From assembly GCF_030684315.1 (NCBI RefSeq), contig NC_081386.1:17369914-17433913 (forward strand): 64,000 nt of DNA, in the 5' to 3' direction. The notes beneath the pieces are model-generated. The model saw only the letters and a list, made by a program, of their open reading frames with translations, was not told the origin of the DNA and searched no databases. The translations under genes were made by a program, and so were the position numbers. Position 1 is the stretch's first letter, and each line of letters opens with the position of its first letter. Of this stretch, positions 11,831 to 25,429 are shown one piece after another. This DNA is from Stegostoma tigrinum. Lineage: Eukaryota.

Positions 11831-13299
11831 TGCAAATCTTGTTTGTTATCAACTGTTTTCATGACCTTGAGTCACCCTTTGCAATTTGCTGGCAACTTAT
11901 TTGACTGAGTTAAGTTTCATACGTGGCATCTGACTAGTCATCACGCCAACTTCTTTCACCTCTAATGTCCCTTGCCCATACTACTGTTACTTCTCAACTC
12001 ATGTCAAAATTAATTCTGCATTCTACTGAAATGTTTTCCATCTTCCCAAACTCGGTCATTCTATATAATGTCTGCATTAATTTTTGTTCCTCCATTACCT
12101 TCATCTTCATCACTGTTTATTTGAAAGCATGTAGCATTAGAAGGAGGTTTCTATATCCATTTAGTTGGTGTTGCTGGCTTGGCCAACATTTATTGACGAT
12201 CTGTGGATTCCCTGGAGGTGGTGATGATGAGTCTCGTTCTTGATTTTCTGACGTCTGTCTCGAAGTGCACCCATAGTGCTATAAGGACAGGAATTCCAGG
12301 ATTTTGACACATGAACAATGAAGGAACACAACATAGTTCTAAGCTTAAAAAGGAACCTGTTGGTGGTGATCCCATGCACCTGCCGCCGTTGTCATTTTTC
12401 AACGTTTGAAATCATTTGGAAGGTGCAGTCGTGCACTTTTTTGCAGTATACTGTGATTTCAGCCGTTTCATGATATCGCATTGAGTGAGTCAAATTGGCT
12501 GAAGATTGGCATCTGTGATGGTTAACATCTGTTCAGTATCTGATTCCACCTCTACCTTAGCACCCTCTTTCAGTTTGTGTCATATTGTACACACTTCAAT
12601 AGTTTGAAACTGGCCTGTCATAATGCTGTCTTTGGTTGTTCCTTTGAAGGAAACTGCTGCTCCCTGCAAGTCCCTCCCTAAATATTTACGTCTCTAGTTC
12701 TCTTTTCTAGTTGCTCAATGAAACTTAAAAGCCTGCAATTTTCATCTGGAGTTGAGCCACATCTCCTAATTTTTCTCCAATGGCTTCATTCTACATCAAA
12801 ATGCAACGAAATCTTTAGTGCCTGGAGAGGTTGATTATTGAACACACAAGATTGGAACAGGAATGAGTTAGTGTGGTTTGGTTTACTATAAATTTCCATT
12901 AGTGTTTCACATTGATAGATTTGGATTTCATTTATTTTGCTTTAATCTTCATAAATTTTGGTAATAAAATGAAAGACACTTTTTTACATCAATTAGAACT
13001 GATCTTTTATATTGCTGGGGAGAAACAAATTGGATTTTATTTCTTAAAGGAAGAGAAGAAAGAACATTAACTTTATAAAAACATGGTACCCTTTATTGTC
13101 ATGGGTATTTCACACTTTGACACATCCTTCCTGAAAAGACTGACTTCCACATAGGTAAGATCTATTGTTTGAGGTCAACTTGTTACTGTAAATGTACATT
13201 GTGTGCAGATTTGTATTTGTGAACAAATCATGTTAGTCTTGGGAGAAGGAACAGCATCAGGGAAATTTGAAGTTCGTTATGTGGTTTTAAAGGTCTTAG

Positions 13300-14120
13300 T
13301 GAAATTTTGTAGCTCAGGTTGTGGATTTGGTTCTCGAGTTCTGGGGTGTTGCAGTGTAATATGGCTCACTTAAATAGTGTCTTAATGAAGCTCTGTTTAT
13401 GTAGCCATATCACAATGCAACACCCAAGAACTCCAGAGAATGGAAGAGGAACACCTGCATGAAGTATTTACTGACAACGGATACCCAACAAGTTTTCTCC
13501 ATTGATGCCTACAAAACAAGTGAAAGAGGACACGTTACAGGAGAAGACAATAGTGACTCTACCCTACCTCAAAAATATATCAGAAATGACATCCAGACTC
13601 CGATCGCACAGGATCCTGATGGCACACAAACCTACATCAACAGTGTTATCAAGTATTAAAGACCATGTACCAACAGTAAACAGGACTAACGTGATATACA
13701 GAATCCCATGCAGTGAGTGCAACAGACATTAGATTGGACAAACTGGGAGGAAACTGACGACCAGGATACACCAGCTGGCAGTCAAAAGACACAACCAATA
13801 TTCACTTACCTCAGTACATACACACAATGAAGGCCATCCATTCAACTGGGACAAGCAAACAACAGACATGCAAGAGAATTTCTGGAGGCCTGGTTCTCAA
13901 CATGGGACTCCATTAACAAGTGCATAGAAATAGACCCTGTACACCATCAGTGCTGGAAAACAGAATCAAAATGACAGGATACACCACACCAGAGGATCAT
14001 ATAAATGCAGAGTGGAGCGCACCAACGCTTCACTTAGAAGTCACACTGAAGATGCCTAGAATGGTAATGAAACGTCTGTGTGCCGTGGAACAACTGGCTC
14101 GGTGGGCAAACAAAGAATCC
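13300..14120 (+). mobile_element. Degenerate Penelope-like retroelement 3' portion (GIY-YIG endonuclease plus tail), with a 5' inverted segment
   Basis: Translates TLPYLKNISEM...VIYRIPCSECNRH*IGQTGRKLTTRIH (GIY-YIG), with a stop and frameshifts. The tail has a CTGAAGA...GAAACGTC motif. Confidence 0.85.
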
Positions 14121-14567
14121 TGATATGGATAAAGGAGAAAATATATAGTGTAGAGTTCCATACGGCATCTACCTTGTCAAGTTTGCTGTTGCAGCATGAC
14201 AAGGGATTGTAATGTAGCAAGTAAAATGAGAGGAGTTCCAAGAAGTGGATAATTGTTAGAGCAAGCAGTCGTACATGCATTCATTTAAGTCTGGTGTAAA
14301 GTACTTGGGAATTGTTTTGTTCTTCCTAGTTAGAGATGAATACCTCAATGTATCTTCTTTCACAGTCTGTTGACTTTTTTGAGTGTGCATCTAATTTGGT
14401 TGTAAAATTTCAAACAATGACACTGTCCAAAGTTTTATGTACCAATTTGCACATCACTGCATTGAGGAAGGTTTCAAGTGGCTTACTTTATTGCTTTTTA
14501 TTTCAATCTTTTAACTGTTTGATATGCTTTTCGACCTTTGTATTTTCTTTTTTGTTTTCTGAAACAG

Positions 14568-14726
14568 AACATGAGTGATGCAATGGCCATTCTACACAAG
14601 CTGCAGACAGGACTCGATGTAAACGTGAAGTTTACTGGTGTACGAGTGTTTGAATACACACCCGAGTGCATCGTGTTTGATCTTCTTGATATTGCACTTT
14701 ACCATGGCTGGTTGGTGGACCCACAA
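14568..14726 (+). CDS. MINDY2: MINDY2 coding exon 4
   Basis: gaaacAG|AAC, encodes NMSDAMAILHKLQTGLDVNVKFTGVRVFEYTPECIVFDLLDIALYHGWLVDPQ, donor CAA|GTGAGT; 159 bp. Confidence 0.97.
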
Positions 14727-15519
14727 GTGAGTTGAAATGTACTTTGACCGCAATCTTAAACTAGGCTTCTGTTAATTTTGTTGCACATATAGCCCCTTTT
14801 TCCCTGTCACAGTTAGTACTTTTATTCAGTTGGGTGACAATGCATGCATTAGTGACATTTTCCAGTTTGTCTTCAGTACCTGGAATTAGACACCAGAAAA
14901 TGATGTAACATGAGTTAAACATTCTACCTCATGCCCTTTTTGAATCCATAAAGACTAGCATCCTCACTGACAACGGAGCTAATCTTTGTTGCTTTTGTAA
15001 ACTGTTGAGCTGGGACAGCACATTTAACTGTCACATTACTTTTAACCGCAACTGCCTTCAACTTCTTGATTGGCAACCAATTTGCCTATTCTCAAGCAGT
15101 TTTACAGCCTTCCTGGCATCTGTTTCTCAATATTATTGGGAGATGCATATTGTTACGTTTAATCAAGAACCTTTGCTTTTGGCATCGCTTGTCACCTGGA
15201 ACCTTGTGATGCCAGCTCAAATAGTGTTTGAGAGAATTAACAAACTACATTTCCAGGCTGTTGCTTTTTGAATCCTTTTAAATAACAACTACATGATGGT
15301 TCTTAAAAAAAAAAACACTCCTGTTTTGATATGTCAGGTCCGTTGAGTGGCCAGTGACTCAGATGTCAATGAAGCAGAAAACTTAGCAATAGCATTTCAA
15401 GATGAACTGGGTGGTAATTGAAGATGAAAGATTTTGCATTCACACAAAAAGTGATTTTGGTGCTGTTGATGGCATGGAAAAATTGAAGTGTTAGAAAATA
15501 AGCACAAGCATTTTAATCA

Positions 15520-16700
15520 TTGTATCACAGGACAAGGTATTAGCCTATCTTGCCTGCCCCACCACTTAGTAAGTAAGACCTGATCATGGCCTTAACTCCA
15601 CTTTCCTGCTTGACCCCCTGAACCGTGACTGCTTCATCAGTCACAAATCTGACTAATTCAGTTTTGAATATATTCAATGACCCAGCCTCCAGTGGTCACT
15701 GGAAGAGAATTTCAAAGACAAAATAACTCTCTTAGAAACAAAAATTCTCCTGATCTCTGACTTAAAGGAGAAATCCTTTATTTATATCTACCCTGGTTCT
15801 AGATTTCCTCCAGAAATTGCAATGTCAAGGCCCCTCAAAATCTTAGGTTTTAATAACAGAATTTATCATTCTTCTAAACTCCATGGACTGTAGATACAAC
15901 CTGCTCAGCCTTTGATCATGAGACAGTGTGTTTTCCCAGGAATCAGCTTAGTGAGTCTTTGGGTCCTTTGAGTATCTGAGGAATCTTAGAATATTATAAC
16001 CAGTGCATCAAGTATCCCTGTGCAGCTATTTCTTTTTAGACCGTAGAATGCAAGGTCAATCAAGGGAACATGTCAGCTTTTAGTTCCATTAATTTTCCTT
16101 GGCCTTAAGCTAATGATCTTGGTTGTCCCAGCCTGCCTTTTGTGTCTGGGCTTTCGTGTTTCTCATGCCTTCTGATGTGAAGAAAGGTACAAAATACTTG
16201 TTCCAAGTCTCTGCCATTTACTTGTTTTCCGTTCTTAATTCTTCAGTGTCACTAAGAAATGGATGCTTACTATAGCTACTCTTTGCTTTTTTATATTTGT
16301 AAGTATTCTAGTATCTTCTCATTCTTTCTTTCAAGTTTTCTCTCGCACTCCAATTTCTCCCCTGTTTTGGGGTTTGTGAAACTTTCTTAACTCTGGCATA
16401 TCATTAATCATCACATTGTGTTCTTTCTTTCATTTGACTCTTCTTTAACATAGTGAACCGTGAATGGTACACCATTCTCAGATTCTTTCCTTTTCAGTGG
16501 TGTACATCTTTAGTGAAACAATGTTGTCTTAACTGTCTGACATTGACATTGCTACTTTACTATCTTAGCCTTTAACCTATTTTTCTGTTCCACTTTAACA
16601 ACTGTGTTCATACCTTTGTAATTGCCTTTATTTAAGTTCAAGACTCGAGCTTCAGACCTACATTTCTCATCCTGAAATAGAGTATAAAATTCAATGATGT
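15520..16700 (-). mobile_element. Old CR1-type LINE fragments
   Basis: Similar to the CR1 tails at 19.3 and 27.2 kb (ttgaatatattcaatgacccagcctcca; cattcttctaaactcca). Confidence 0.6.
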
Positions 16701-17144
16701 AACTTTACATTACATCTTGAACACAGAAGTGTCCAAAGTTTGGAAGCCAACTTTTCAACTTGGATCCAAAACACTCTGAGCTACAGACGGTGCTCATGCT
16801 GTTCACAAATTACCACTCTCTGCAACTGCAACACATCACCAGTCCTGCTATCTTAAATTCATTTAACTAGTTTGGCGTCAAATTTTAAAAAATTGCTCTG
16901 TGTTTATCCATAGTTATGTTATCGAGTGTAACTTGTGTGATAAAATTAGTGTATAGCTACACTTTCCTCTTATGTTGCAATTAGATTTTGTTTCTCTTTT
17001 GCAAATGTGAGCGTACTCGGGTCCACTGCTGTTTTCTCCAATCAGGTTTGTGTTTCTCTCCACCACCCCTGCCCCACCCCACTTGCAGTACTGTGAAATT
17101 ATACATGAATATGTTGAAAGTATCTTTTGAGGTTTGCTAATCGA

Positions 17145-17365
17145 GGGTCGCATGGTGGCTGAACGGTTAGCATGCTGCCTCACAATGTCAGGGACCTGGG
17201 TTCGATTCCAGACCCAAGTGACTGTCTGTGTGGAATTTGCACATTCTTCCCTTATCAGCATGGGTTTCCTCTGGGTGTTCTGATTTTCCTCCCACAGTCC
17301 AAATAAGGACAAGTTAGGTGGATTGACCATGCTGAATTGCCTATCGTGTTCTGGAGTGTGTATAT
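17145..17365 (+). mobile_element. HE1-type tRNA-derived SINE
   Basis: A-box/B-box head (tggtggctgaacggttagc...gggttcgattcc) and the same body as four other copies in the window. Confidence 0.85.
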
Positions 17366-17801
17366 CCATAGTATGATAAAGATCACTGAAGAAATGCTTT
17401 AATTGTGCATAAATGTTGAATTACAAAGAAAAGATCACATCAGTGTATTTTGTAATGCTGTTGGTGAGGGGTGGGGGCAAGTTGTTTTTTGTAAAGAATT
17501 TCACGAAGCAGAAATAAAATTCAGGTATTAGATGGGCATATTTAGTTACGTCTCATGGCATCTGAATAGCTCCTTTTGTTTGTTCCCTATTACGTTAAAT
17601 ATTTTACCACTTGGACTTATGTTTTTGTGAAAATGCATGAAGAACATCTTTGCAGTATGTACAGTAGTCTCAACATTCTCAACAGTTTTTAATTTTCATT
17701 ATACTTGCAGATCTTTTCCCATAATGTAAAATGGGGTGTGTAGTGCTAGAATTCTAGGTGCAAGTCTCAAAGTTAATTTTCTGCCGATAATCCTGTTTCA
17801 G

Positions 17802-17904
17802 ACCGCTGATGTAGCGAAGGCAGTGGGAATGTGCAGCTATAACCAGCTGGTAGAGAAGATTATCTTCTGTAAACAATCAGAGAACAGTGAACTAGTCAGT
17901 GAAG
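17802..17904 (+). CDS. MINDY2: MINDY2 coding exon 5
   Basis: tgtttcAG|ACC, encodes TADVAKAVGMCSYNQLVEKIIFCKQSENSELVSE(G), donor AG|GTAAGA; 103 bp. Confidence 0.96.
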
Positions 17905-17984
17905 GTAAGAAAGAATGACATTTTTCGGGTTTCTGCAATTGTAATAGATACTGAGGAAAGAAATGGCAATTTTTAAAAAATCCA

Positions 17985-18295
17985 TTCTTGAGATATGGGT
18001 ACTGCTGTTCCAGGCCAGTATTTATCAACTTTTTATAATGGCCCAGAGGGCAGTTAAGGCTTAATCACATTGCTGAAGGTCTGGAGTGACATGTGGACCA
18101 TAGTTCCTCCTCTGAAGACCATGTTTCCTTTTCTGACTATTACCAGTATTAGTTAGTTAGTTGAGCTTTTTTATTCCAGATTTTCATTGACTCTAAATTT
18201 CTATCTGCGGTGAGAATCAAACCAGCACCCCCACAACGTTAGCTGAGGTTGTAAAATACTTGTCTACTGACATTACCATTAAGTCACCATCTCCC
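17985..18295 (-). mobile_element. tRNA-derived SINE (SacSINE1-like family), degenerate
   Basis: Shares the agagggcagttaag...cacattgctg...ggtctggagtgacatgt block with copies at 27.8, 54.7 and 57.0 kb. Confidence 0.7.
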
Positions 18296-19309
18296 TTTAG
18301 CATTTCTTATTGCAGGAATTATGGTCATGCAATTTATTCATGGTCTGCAGTTCAAAATGCTGTTAATCCTATTATTGATTTTTGACCGTGGTTACTTATG
18401 TTGTTAAGATTCCCAAATGTCTAAGACTGATAGCAGCACATCATCAGTTTTGTGCAGTTGACTCATTCTGAAAGAGAAAAACAAACAGATACATGTATTT
18501 TGAAGAACTCCCTCTCTATTTCATTTATAATTGGTAGTGTAAATGAGAAATGGGTTGTGAATGCCATTAAATATATTGAAATTTTTTACTCTAATTCAAC
18601 ACCAAGCAAGTACTCCATCACTTCAAAAATTACTAGAAAATGTATAATCATCATGGCTTCAATCATAAACAGTAGGGTGAATTGCATGCACTCTGCTGCT
18701 GTCCTAGTTTGAGGTCTGAGTATGTGGATTTGAGGCTAAATAACCAGTAATGTTAAATGTTGTTTCTTTCAATTAACAGTGGACTCTGCTTGTAAATGTT
18801 GAGACTTAATTAACCCCAAATGAAGCACAAATGCAAATTGGCACTTTTAAAAAAATGAACGTTTACAAGGCACCCCTTCAGTTTTGATGATTTAGGTTTA
18901 TCCAAAGTTGCTCATGCGATTTCTTTCAAGTTGCTGATGTGCGTTGGGTCAAATGGACCAACTGCTGAGGTTAGCTGCATACCACATTTCTTGATGAGCT
19001 GTTTCAAACAGTGCATTTTGTATTCGTTTAGAAATTGTGTACTTTTAGAAAAGAACGTTCTCAAGCTCCGAGAAGGGCATGTTTAACAGAAGATAAATTT
19101 CTTGAGCAGGAAAAGAAGATTGTTTTGGTATTTGATTCGGCAGATGAATTTTTAACTTATTAATTTCTTTCCCTCTGGGGTTTTGCTGTTAGTTATCTGA
19201 AATCAAAGTTATTTCATGCATTTTTCAGGGTTGAATGTGATTTTGACCTGCTTTGAACTTGTGGCTAATACTTTGGTAAAGGGCACCATGCCAATACAAG
19301 AAATTTACA

Positions 19310-19785
19310 TAAGAGCCAGGAGCAGGAGTAGGCCATCTGGCTCCTCGAGCCTGCCCTGTCATTTAATACGATCATGACTGATCTTTGGGACTCGGCTCCA
19401 CTTACCTGCCCACTCACCAGAACCCTTAATTCCTTTACTGTTCAAAAATTTATCTAGCCTTGCCTTAAACACATTCAGTAAGGTAGCTTCAACCACTTCA
19501 CTGGGTAGAGAATTCCACAGATTCACAACCCTTTGGGTGAAGAAGTACCTCATGACTTCAGTTCTTCATCTGCTTCCCTTTGGGGTGATGCCCTCTAGAC
19601 CTAGTTTCACTTGCTAGCAGAAATAACTCTTCTCTTCTCCTCCCCCCCACCCCCCCCACCACCACCACCACTTTCTTCCTTTCATAATTTTATACGTTTC
19701 TATAAGATCTCCCCTCATTCTTCTGCATTCCAATGAGGATAAGCCCAGTCTACTCAGTCTCTCCTCATAATCCAACCCTCTCAAA
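19310..19785 (-). mobile_element. CR1/HER1-type LINE 3' fragment
   Basis: Minus-strand translation YEERLSRLGL..LECRRMRGDLIETYKIM and FFTQRVVNLWNSLP, typical of the CR1 ORF2 C-terminus. Confidence 0.9.
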
Positions 19786-21927
19786 TTTGATTTAGTTTTG
19801 TCTGTTTTATGCTTTTGCTTGAGGCTACATTGATGATACACATGTATTGTGTTAGGTTGTAGAAGCAGGTTGGTTTTTTTGTTATAAATTAAATGACCTG
19901 TGCTTACCACAGACTGTGTTGCAGAAAAACATGTTAAGTTGTTATTCGATTGCGTGGCATAAATTTAGAGATTCTCGTGTGTTTAATGTGGGGGGTGATG
20001 GAGCTATTTTACTTTAATGTCTGTGTTGTGAAGGTGCTTCATGTACATTTATTTTGAGAAGACCAACTCGTTTATTTTAAACTACCTTTTCCATTGTTTT
20101 CCAATCTTCCGGGCTAAAGAGTTTGTTTTGATGAGAATATGATAGGCAGATGATATATTCCAAGCTAGATGATATATAGTCCAAGGTTGTTTTTTTTTGT
20201 TTAAACCAGTGTACTAGAGGCAATGTGCACCTTTTGGGGTAATCTGTTTTGGATCTTTTCTACTTATTCTATCTCAAGTGTTTGTTTTCTTGCAGATTTC
20301 TGCACGTTTTTGATAACAATTTGAAATTTGAGATCCACTGAATGATTCATAGGCAATTGTTCGCAAATTTGAGATACTGGGCACTGAGGGTTCAGCATGC
20401 TATATTTCCCACTGCGTATGCAGAATTGGCTAGGCAGCCAGAGAAGTTTTACTGGTTAGATTTTGCCATTTAATTTTATTTGCGGTTGCAGAGTTGTGAC
20501 CAAACTTGTCGCTAAGAAGCTTCATTGTTTTGGCAATATTTTTGCCATCAAAGCTGTATAAGTTTTTTAAATCTCTACAGGAATGATCTAGCATAAGCAT
20601 TAATAATTGTGTACTTTGCATGTTTTTAAGGGTTTTAGTCTATAGTTATCGTGGAAACTTAACGCAATATCAACCAAAATTTGTTGCATGCGTCTGAGCA
20701 TATTGATTAACAATGTATTTTATATGTATGTTTTGGCCTGCATATTCTTAAACAATTGTAATTCTTTCAAAGCACAAGAATCCTAATTGTTTCTTTGTAA
20801 ACTGAAAAATACTTTTCATTTGAAGTCTTTTATGTCTCTTCAGCTGGAAACATGAATTATGCCATTGTCCTGTCACTTGTGAAAAACTTGCATTTTTTCA
20901 TCAGTGAAAATAATTTTGAGATTAAAGAAGTAATGTGTTTTAGGTTATTCTAAATAACCTATTTCAGCTTGATGTCTGGAGGTGGTTTTGTTGATCACTT
21001 TCGTTATATCCCCCCTCTCATATTCTTAGTATGAGTTAACAAGAAGTCAGTTTGGACGTGAGAAATTGTAATTACCATATTTCATTATTTCCATATGTTT
21101 TTCTGGATAGTTGTAAATGTTTGAGATCCCTCAGCAAAGTGTATAGGTTAGAACATAGGTAATGATTTTTGTGTTTTGTTGGAAGTGTCAGTACTACTAG
21201 CAGTTTATTTGCTGTTGAAGTAAAATGGGATCACGTATTCGATATGGCCAGAGGTGATTTTCTTTCTTTATCAGTATGTGATTTTCTTTTTCTTTCCGAC
21301 AAGTGGCCACCAATATTGTATTCAAGTAGCCATTCTTCACTTATGAACCTTAATTATAGATGCTGGCAGATAATTCAGTTGGTAAAGCTTTGCAACTGAA
21401 TCAGATCCTGTTCAAACATCAGTTTCCAGGAGGAAGTCACTGAATAAAGACCACAGTAGATTTGTTCTCCCTCAGGTAACATAAGGCCAGTTTTGAATCT
21501 ACGATTGGTTGATATCAACAAACTGAAAATTGAACCTTGAATTTTGTGCTTTGTATGGGCTTCAAATGAGCCACTGAGGAACATGTGATTTTTAAAAAAT
21601 TATTCAGTTTCTTCTTTTTTTGAAGACAACAAGTTACAGAAAGCAGAATTTGATCGTTTCGATAGATGTAACAATTTTTCAACCTACAAAGCTTGGAGTA
21701 ATCCAGCAAAAATTAAAATGTTCAATACGGGGTGTGAACAGGGCAATATTTGGGGGATAAATCTATTCGTTAACTCTATCTATTTTTAGAGTTAGAGTTA
21801 AGGATAGGTGCAGACATTTGGTCCGTGATCCATGAATTTCTTCTTGTATTATGCCTTTGAGTTCAGAGTAATGGTTTTCATTCAGCTGAGTAATCTGAAT
21901 GTGTTTTTTTTTTCTATATGTTCTTAG

Positions 21928-22070
21928 GGTTTGTTGCAGAACAATTTTTAAACAGCACTGCAACCCAACTAACATTCCATGGGTTATGTGAACTGATTTC
22001 CACAGTTGAAGAAGGAGAGATGTGTGTGTTCTTCAGAAATAACCATTTTAGTACAATGACAAAACACAAG
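21928..22070 (+). CDS. MINDY2: MINDY2 coding exon 6 (catalytic His codon 22044-22046)
   Basis: ttcttAG|GG, encodes (G)FVAEQFLNSTATQLTFHGLCELISTVEEGEMCVFFRNNHFSTMTKHK with the FRNNHF motif, donor AAG|GTATTT; 143 bp. Confidence 0.97.
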
Positions 22071-22834
22071 GTATTTCTTCAAGTTTTAAAGACTTATTTT
22101 AAGACTTAGTGTACTGTATTTGTAATTGTTGCACATTGAAAAAATGTACTAATATAGGCTGCCTTACAATTAGTGAGCTCAGGATAAAGTGAACTGTTTG
22201 TTGACCCTTGTTGAAAAGCATATTCAAAATAAAAAATATCATATTTCTTTTGCCAAAGTGCTAAATTACATGGCGAATTCAATATATTTTGTTCAAGTGG
22301 ACTCTGAAATTGAACCAGCACTTAATAGGGCCATATTGAACAAAATAAAATTTAATTAAGCATGCATTGTTGTAAACGTTAGTGAGCTAGCCTCCAATTT
22401 TTATCATTGTTAAATTCTCACAAAAACCTTTGCAGATGGGTCATGTTCTCAATTTGCGACTAAGTTGATGTTTAGCCCACCACTGAAAACCATGAGGAGA
22501 TGTGGGGGGAGCGGGGAGCATTACTTCCTCCTTAACTTTCAGTTCAGCCTGAAACAGAGATGTTTTCCTGTTGATGATATGTCATGCTATAACGTTCATG
22601 AACAACAAATTCTTGACTGATCATCATATCCTGCTCTTGAAATTCTGACAGTGGCACTGATTCAGCAGGGTTAGTGGAAAGGATATGAGCTGAGCTGTGG
22701 GAATTTTTATTTACTTCAGAGAGCATCCACTGGATACAGATAGTGGAGCGTGTAGCCAGCCAATCCTGCTCTCAGGTCTTGACTTTTACAAGTGAAGTCA
22801 GCATTTCGAAGAGCCCCCAAATTAGAGTTTTTGA

Positions 22835-23055
22835 TAATCAAAGCAAAATACTGCAAATGGTGAAAATCTGAAATTACCAAGGGAAATGGTGGAGAAACTA
22901 GACAGGTCTGGCAGCATCTGTGGAGAGACAAGTTAATTTTTGAGTCCACTTTGACTCTGAAATCTGAAGCAGAGTCACAGTGGACTCAGTGGTAACTCTT
23001 TGTGTTTGTACACATGGTTGTCAATGCTTCCAGTTATTCAGAATTTTCTTCTTTT
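22835..23055. mobile_element. Head-to-head inverted pair of Penelope-type tails
   Basis: Central hairpin TGAGTCCACTTTGACTCTG / CAGAGTCACAGTGGACTCA (22941-22988). Flanks resemble the tail family at 32.1, 50.8 and 54.6 kb. Confidence 0.7.
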
Positions 23056-23717
23056 AATTAAAATTTTGGTGAGATCATTAATTTGACTGAGTGCTTGATG
23101 CCTTCAACCTCACCTGCTCCTTCCCATCTCTACGTTATTGTTTAAATTTGCCCCATTTAATATTGTTTCCTCTTCATGCTGGTAACTCAATGGTGCCTGT
23201 AATCTCATTGAATATTGCACAATTTGTTTCAACTTCATTTCCCACACAATGTGCACCATTTTTCGAATAACCTCTCCTGCTCTCTACGTCCAGCTATGTG
23301 GCCTTTCCTTGTGATAGACCCTTTGCAGTCCTGCTTCCAACAGTACAGTGGAACCTTTATACACCAGATTCCAAATCGCTTGTTTTAAACACCACTTGGC
23401 CTGAATCAGTACTGTAGCTGTTGTCTGACAGCATGCAAGTCCCTTTAAATAGCAAGGCTTTGCTGTGTCACAAGATTTTAAAAAATGTCTACTTTTCAAA
23501 AATTTCCTATTAAAGTTAATTATTTCACATATCCCTATATTATCTTCTATCTAATGTGCCTTTGTGCACTTGTGTAACCAGGCTCTGATCTTTTTGAAAT
23601 CTTTACGGATCTTCCTCAAAGTTGACTTTTTCACCTCATCTAAGTCAATGGACCAAATTTTGCAGTTGTGATAATGGCAAATCGGTGTTTGTCATCATTA
23701 CCCTGGAAAACTGACAT

Positions 23718-25429
23718 CATAGAGTCAGTGTTATACTGCATGGAAACAGACCCTTCAGTCTAATACATCCATGCTGACCAGATAGCCGAAACTGATTTAG
23801 TTCTCTTGGCCAGCATTTGGCCCCTATCACTCATAAAACATTCCTATTCATCCACCCATCCAGACACCTTTAAAATAATGTAATTGTATCCACCTGCTCC
23901 ACTTCCTCAGGCAGTTCATTGCATGCATGCACCCCTCTCTGTCCTAAAATGTTGCCCCTCCATTCCCTTCTAAATCTTGCCCCTCTCACTTAAACTTATG
24001 ATGTCTAATTTTAAACTTACCTCCCCTGGGGAAAAAAGATCTTGGCTATTCACCCCATCCATGCCCCTCATGATTTTATAAACCTCTCAGCCCACCTCTC
24101 AGCCTTCCACTCTCCAGATTTAAAAAAAACCAGGCTATCCAGCATCTCCTATAGCTCAAGATCTCCAATGCCAGCAATGTCCTTGTAAATCTACTCAAAA
24201 CCCTTTCAAGTCTCCCGAATTCTTTGCTATAGTAGGGAGGTATTGAATTGCATGCAGTATTCTAAAAGTGGCCGAACCAATGCCCTGTACAGCCACAACA
24301 TGACATCCCAACTCCTGTTCTTGGTGTTCTGATCAATGACAGCAAGTTTGTTGAATGCCACCTTCACCACCCTGTCTACCTTGACTGCACTTTGAAGGAA
24401 CTGTGCACCAGCACTCCCAGGTCACTATGTTTGGTAATACTCCCCAGGGCTTTACGATTAACTGTATAGCTCCTGCCTGGTCTACCTTACCAAAATGCAA
24501 TACCTCATGTGTTTCTAAATAACTCCATTTGCTATTCCTCAGCCCATTGATCCATCCGAGCAAGATCTTGTTGTACTCTGAGATAACCTTCTTCACTGCC
24601 CACAACACCACGAATTTTGGGGTGTCATCTGCAGACTTACTAACCATGCCTCCTATGTTCAAATCCAAATCATTTATATGAATAACAAAAAGCAGTGGGT
24701 CCAACACTGAGCCTTGGGACAGTCTACTAGTCACAGGCCTCCAGTCTGAAAAACAACCCTCCACCACTACCCTCTGTTTCCTATCTTCAACCAATTTTGT
24801 ATCCAATTGGCTAGCGGCCCGTATTCCATGAACCTTGCTAAACAGTCCACCATGTGGAACCTTGTTGAATGCTTTGCTGAAGTCCAACTGGACAACATAT
24901 ACTGTTCTGCCTTCATCAATCTTGCTTATCACTTCAAAAAACTCGAAGTTATGAGACATTATTTCCCACGCACAAAGTCATGTTGACCGTCTGTAATCAG
25001 TCCTTGCCTTTTCAAATGCATGTAAATACTGTCCCTCTGAATTCCCTCCATCAACTTATCCATCACTGACATCAAGCTCACTGGTCAAGTTCCCTGGCTT
25101 ATCCTTCCATTCTGAAATAATGGCACCATATTTGCCAACGTCGAGTCTTTTGGCACCTCACCAGTGGCTATTGATACAAATATCTTGGCAAATGGCCCAG
25201 AAATCCTGAGCTTCCCACCAAGTTCTGGCATACACCTGGTCAGGTCCTGAGGGCTTATCCACCTTGCATTTTAAGACATTCAGCACCTCTTCTCCTCTAA
25301 TAAGGACACTTTTCAAGATATCACCATTTATTTCCACAAGCTCTCTTGCTTCCATGTCCTTCTCCACAGTAAATTCTGACATGAAATAATTGTTTCGTAC
25401 CTCACCCATCTCGTGGTTCCATACAGATG
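23718..25429 (-). mobile_element. CR1/HER1-type LINE, RT region, degenerate
   Basis: ORF 24333-24959 has RT motifs QLDFSKAFNKVPH, QGSVLDPLLFVIHINDL and ADDT; 3' tail near 23720. Confidence 0.92.
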
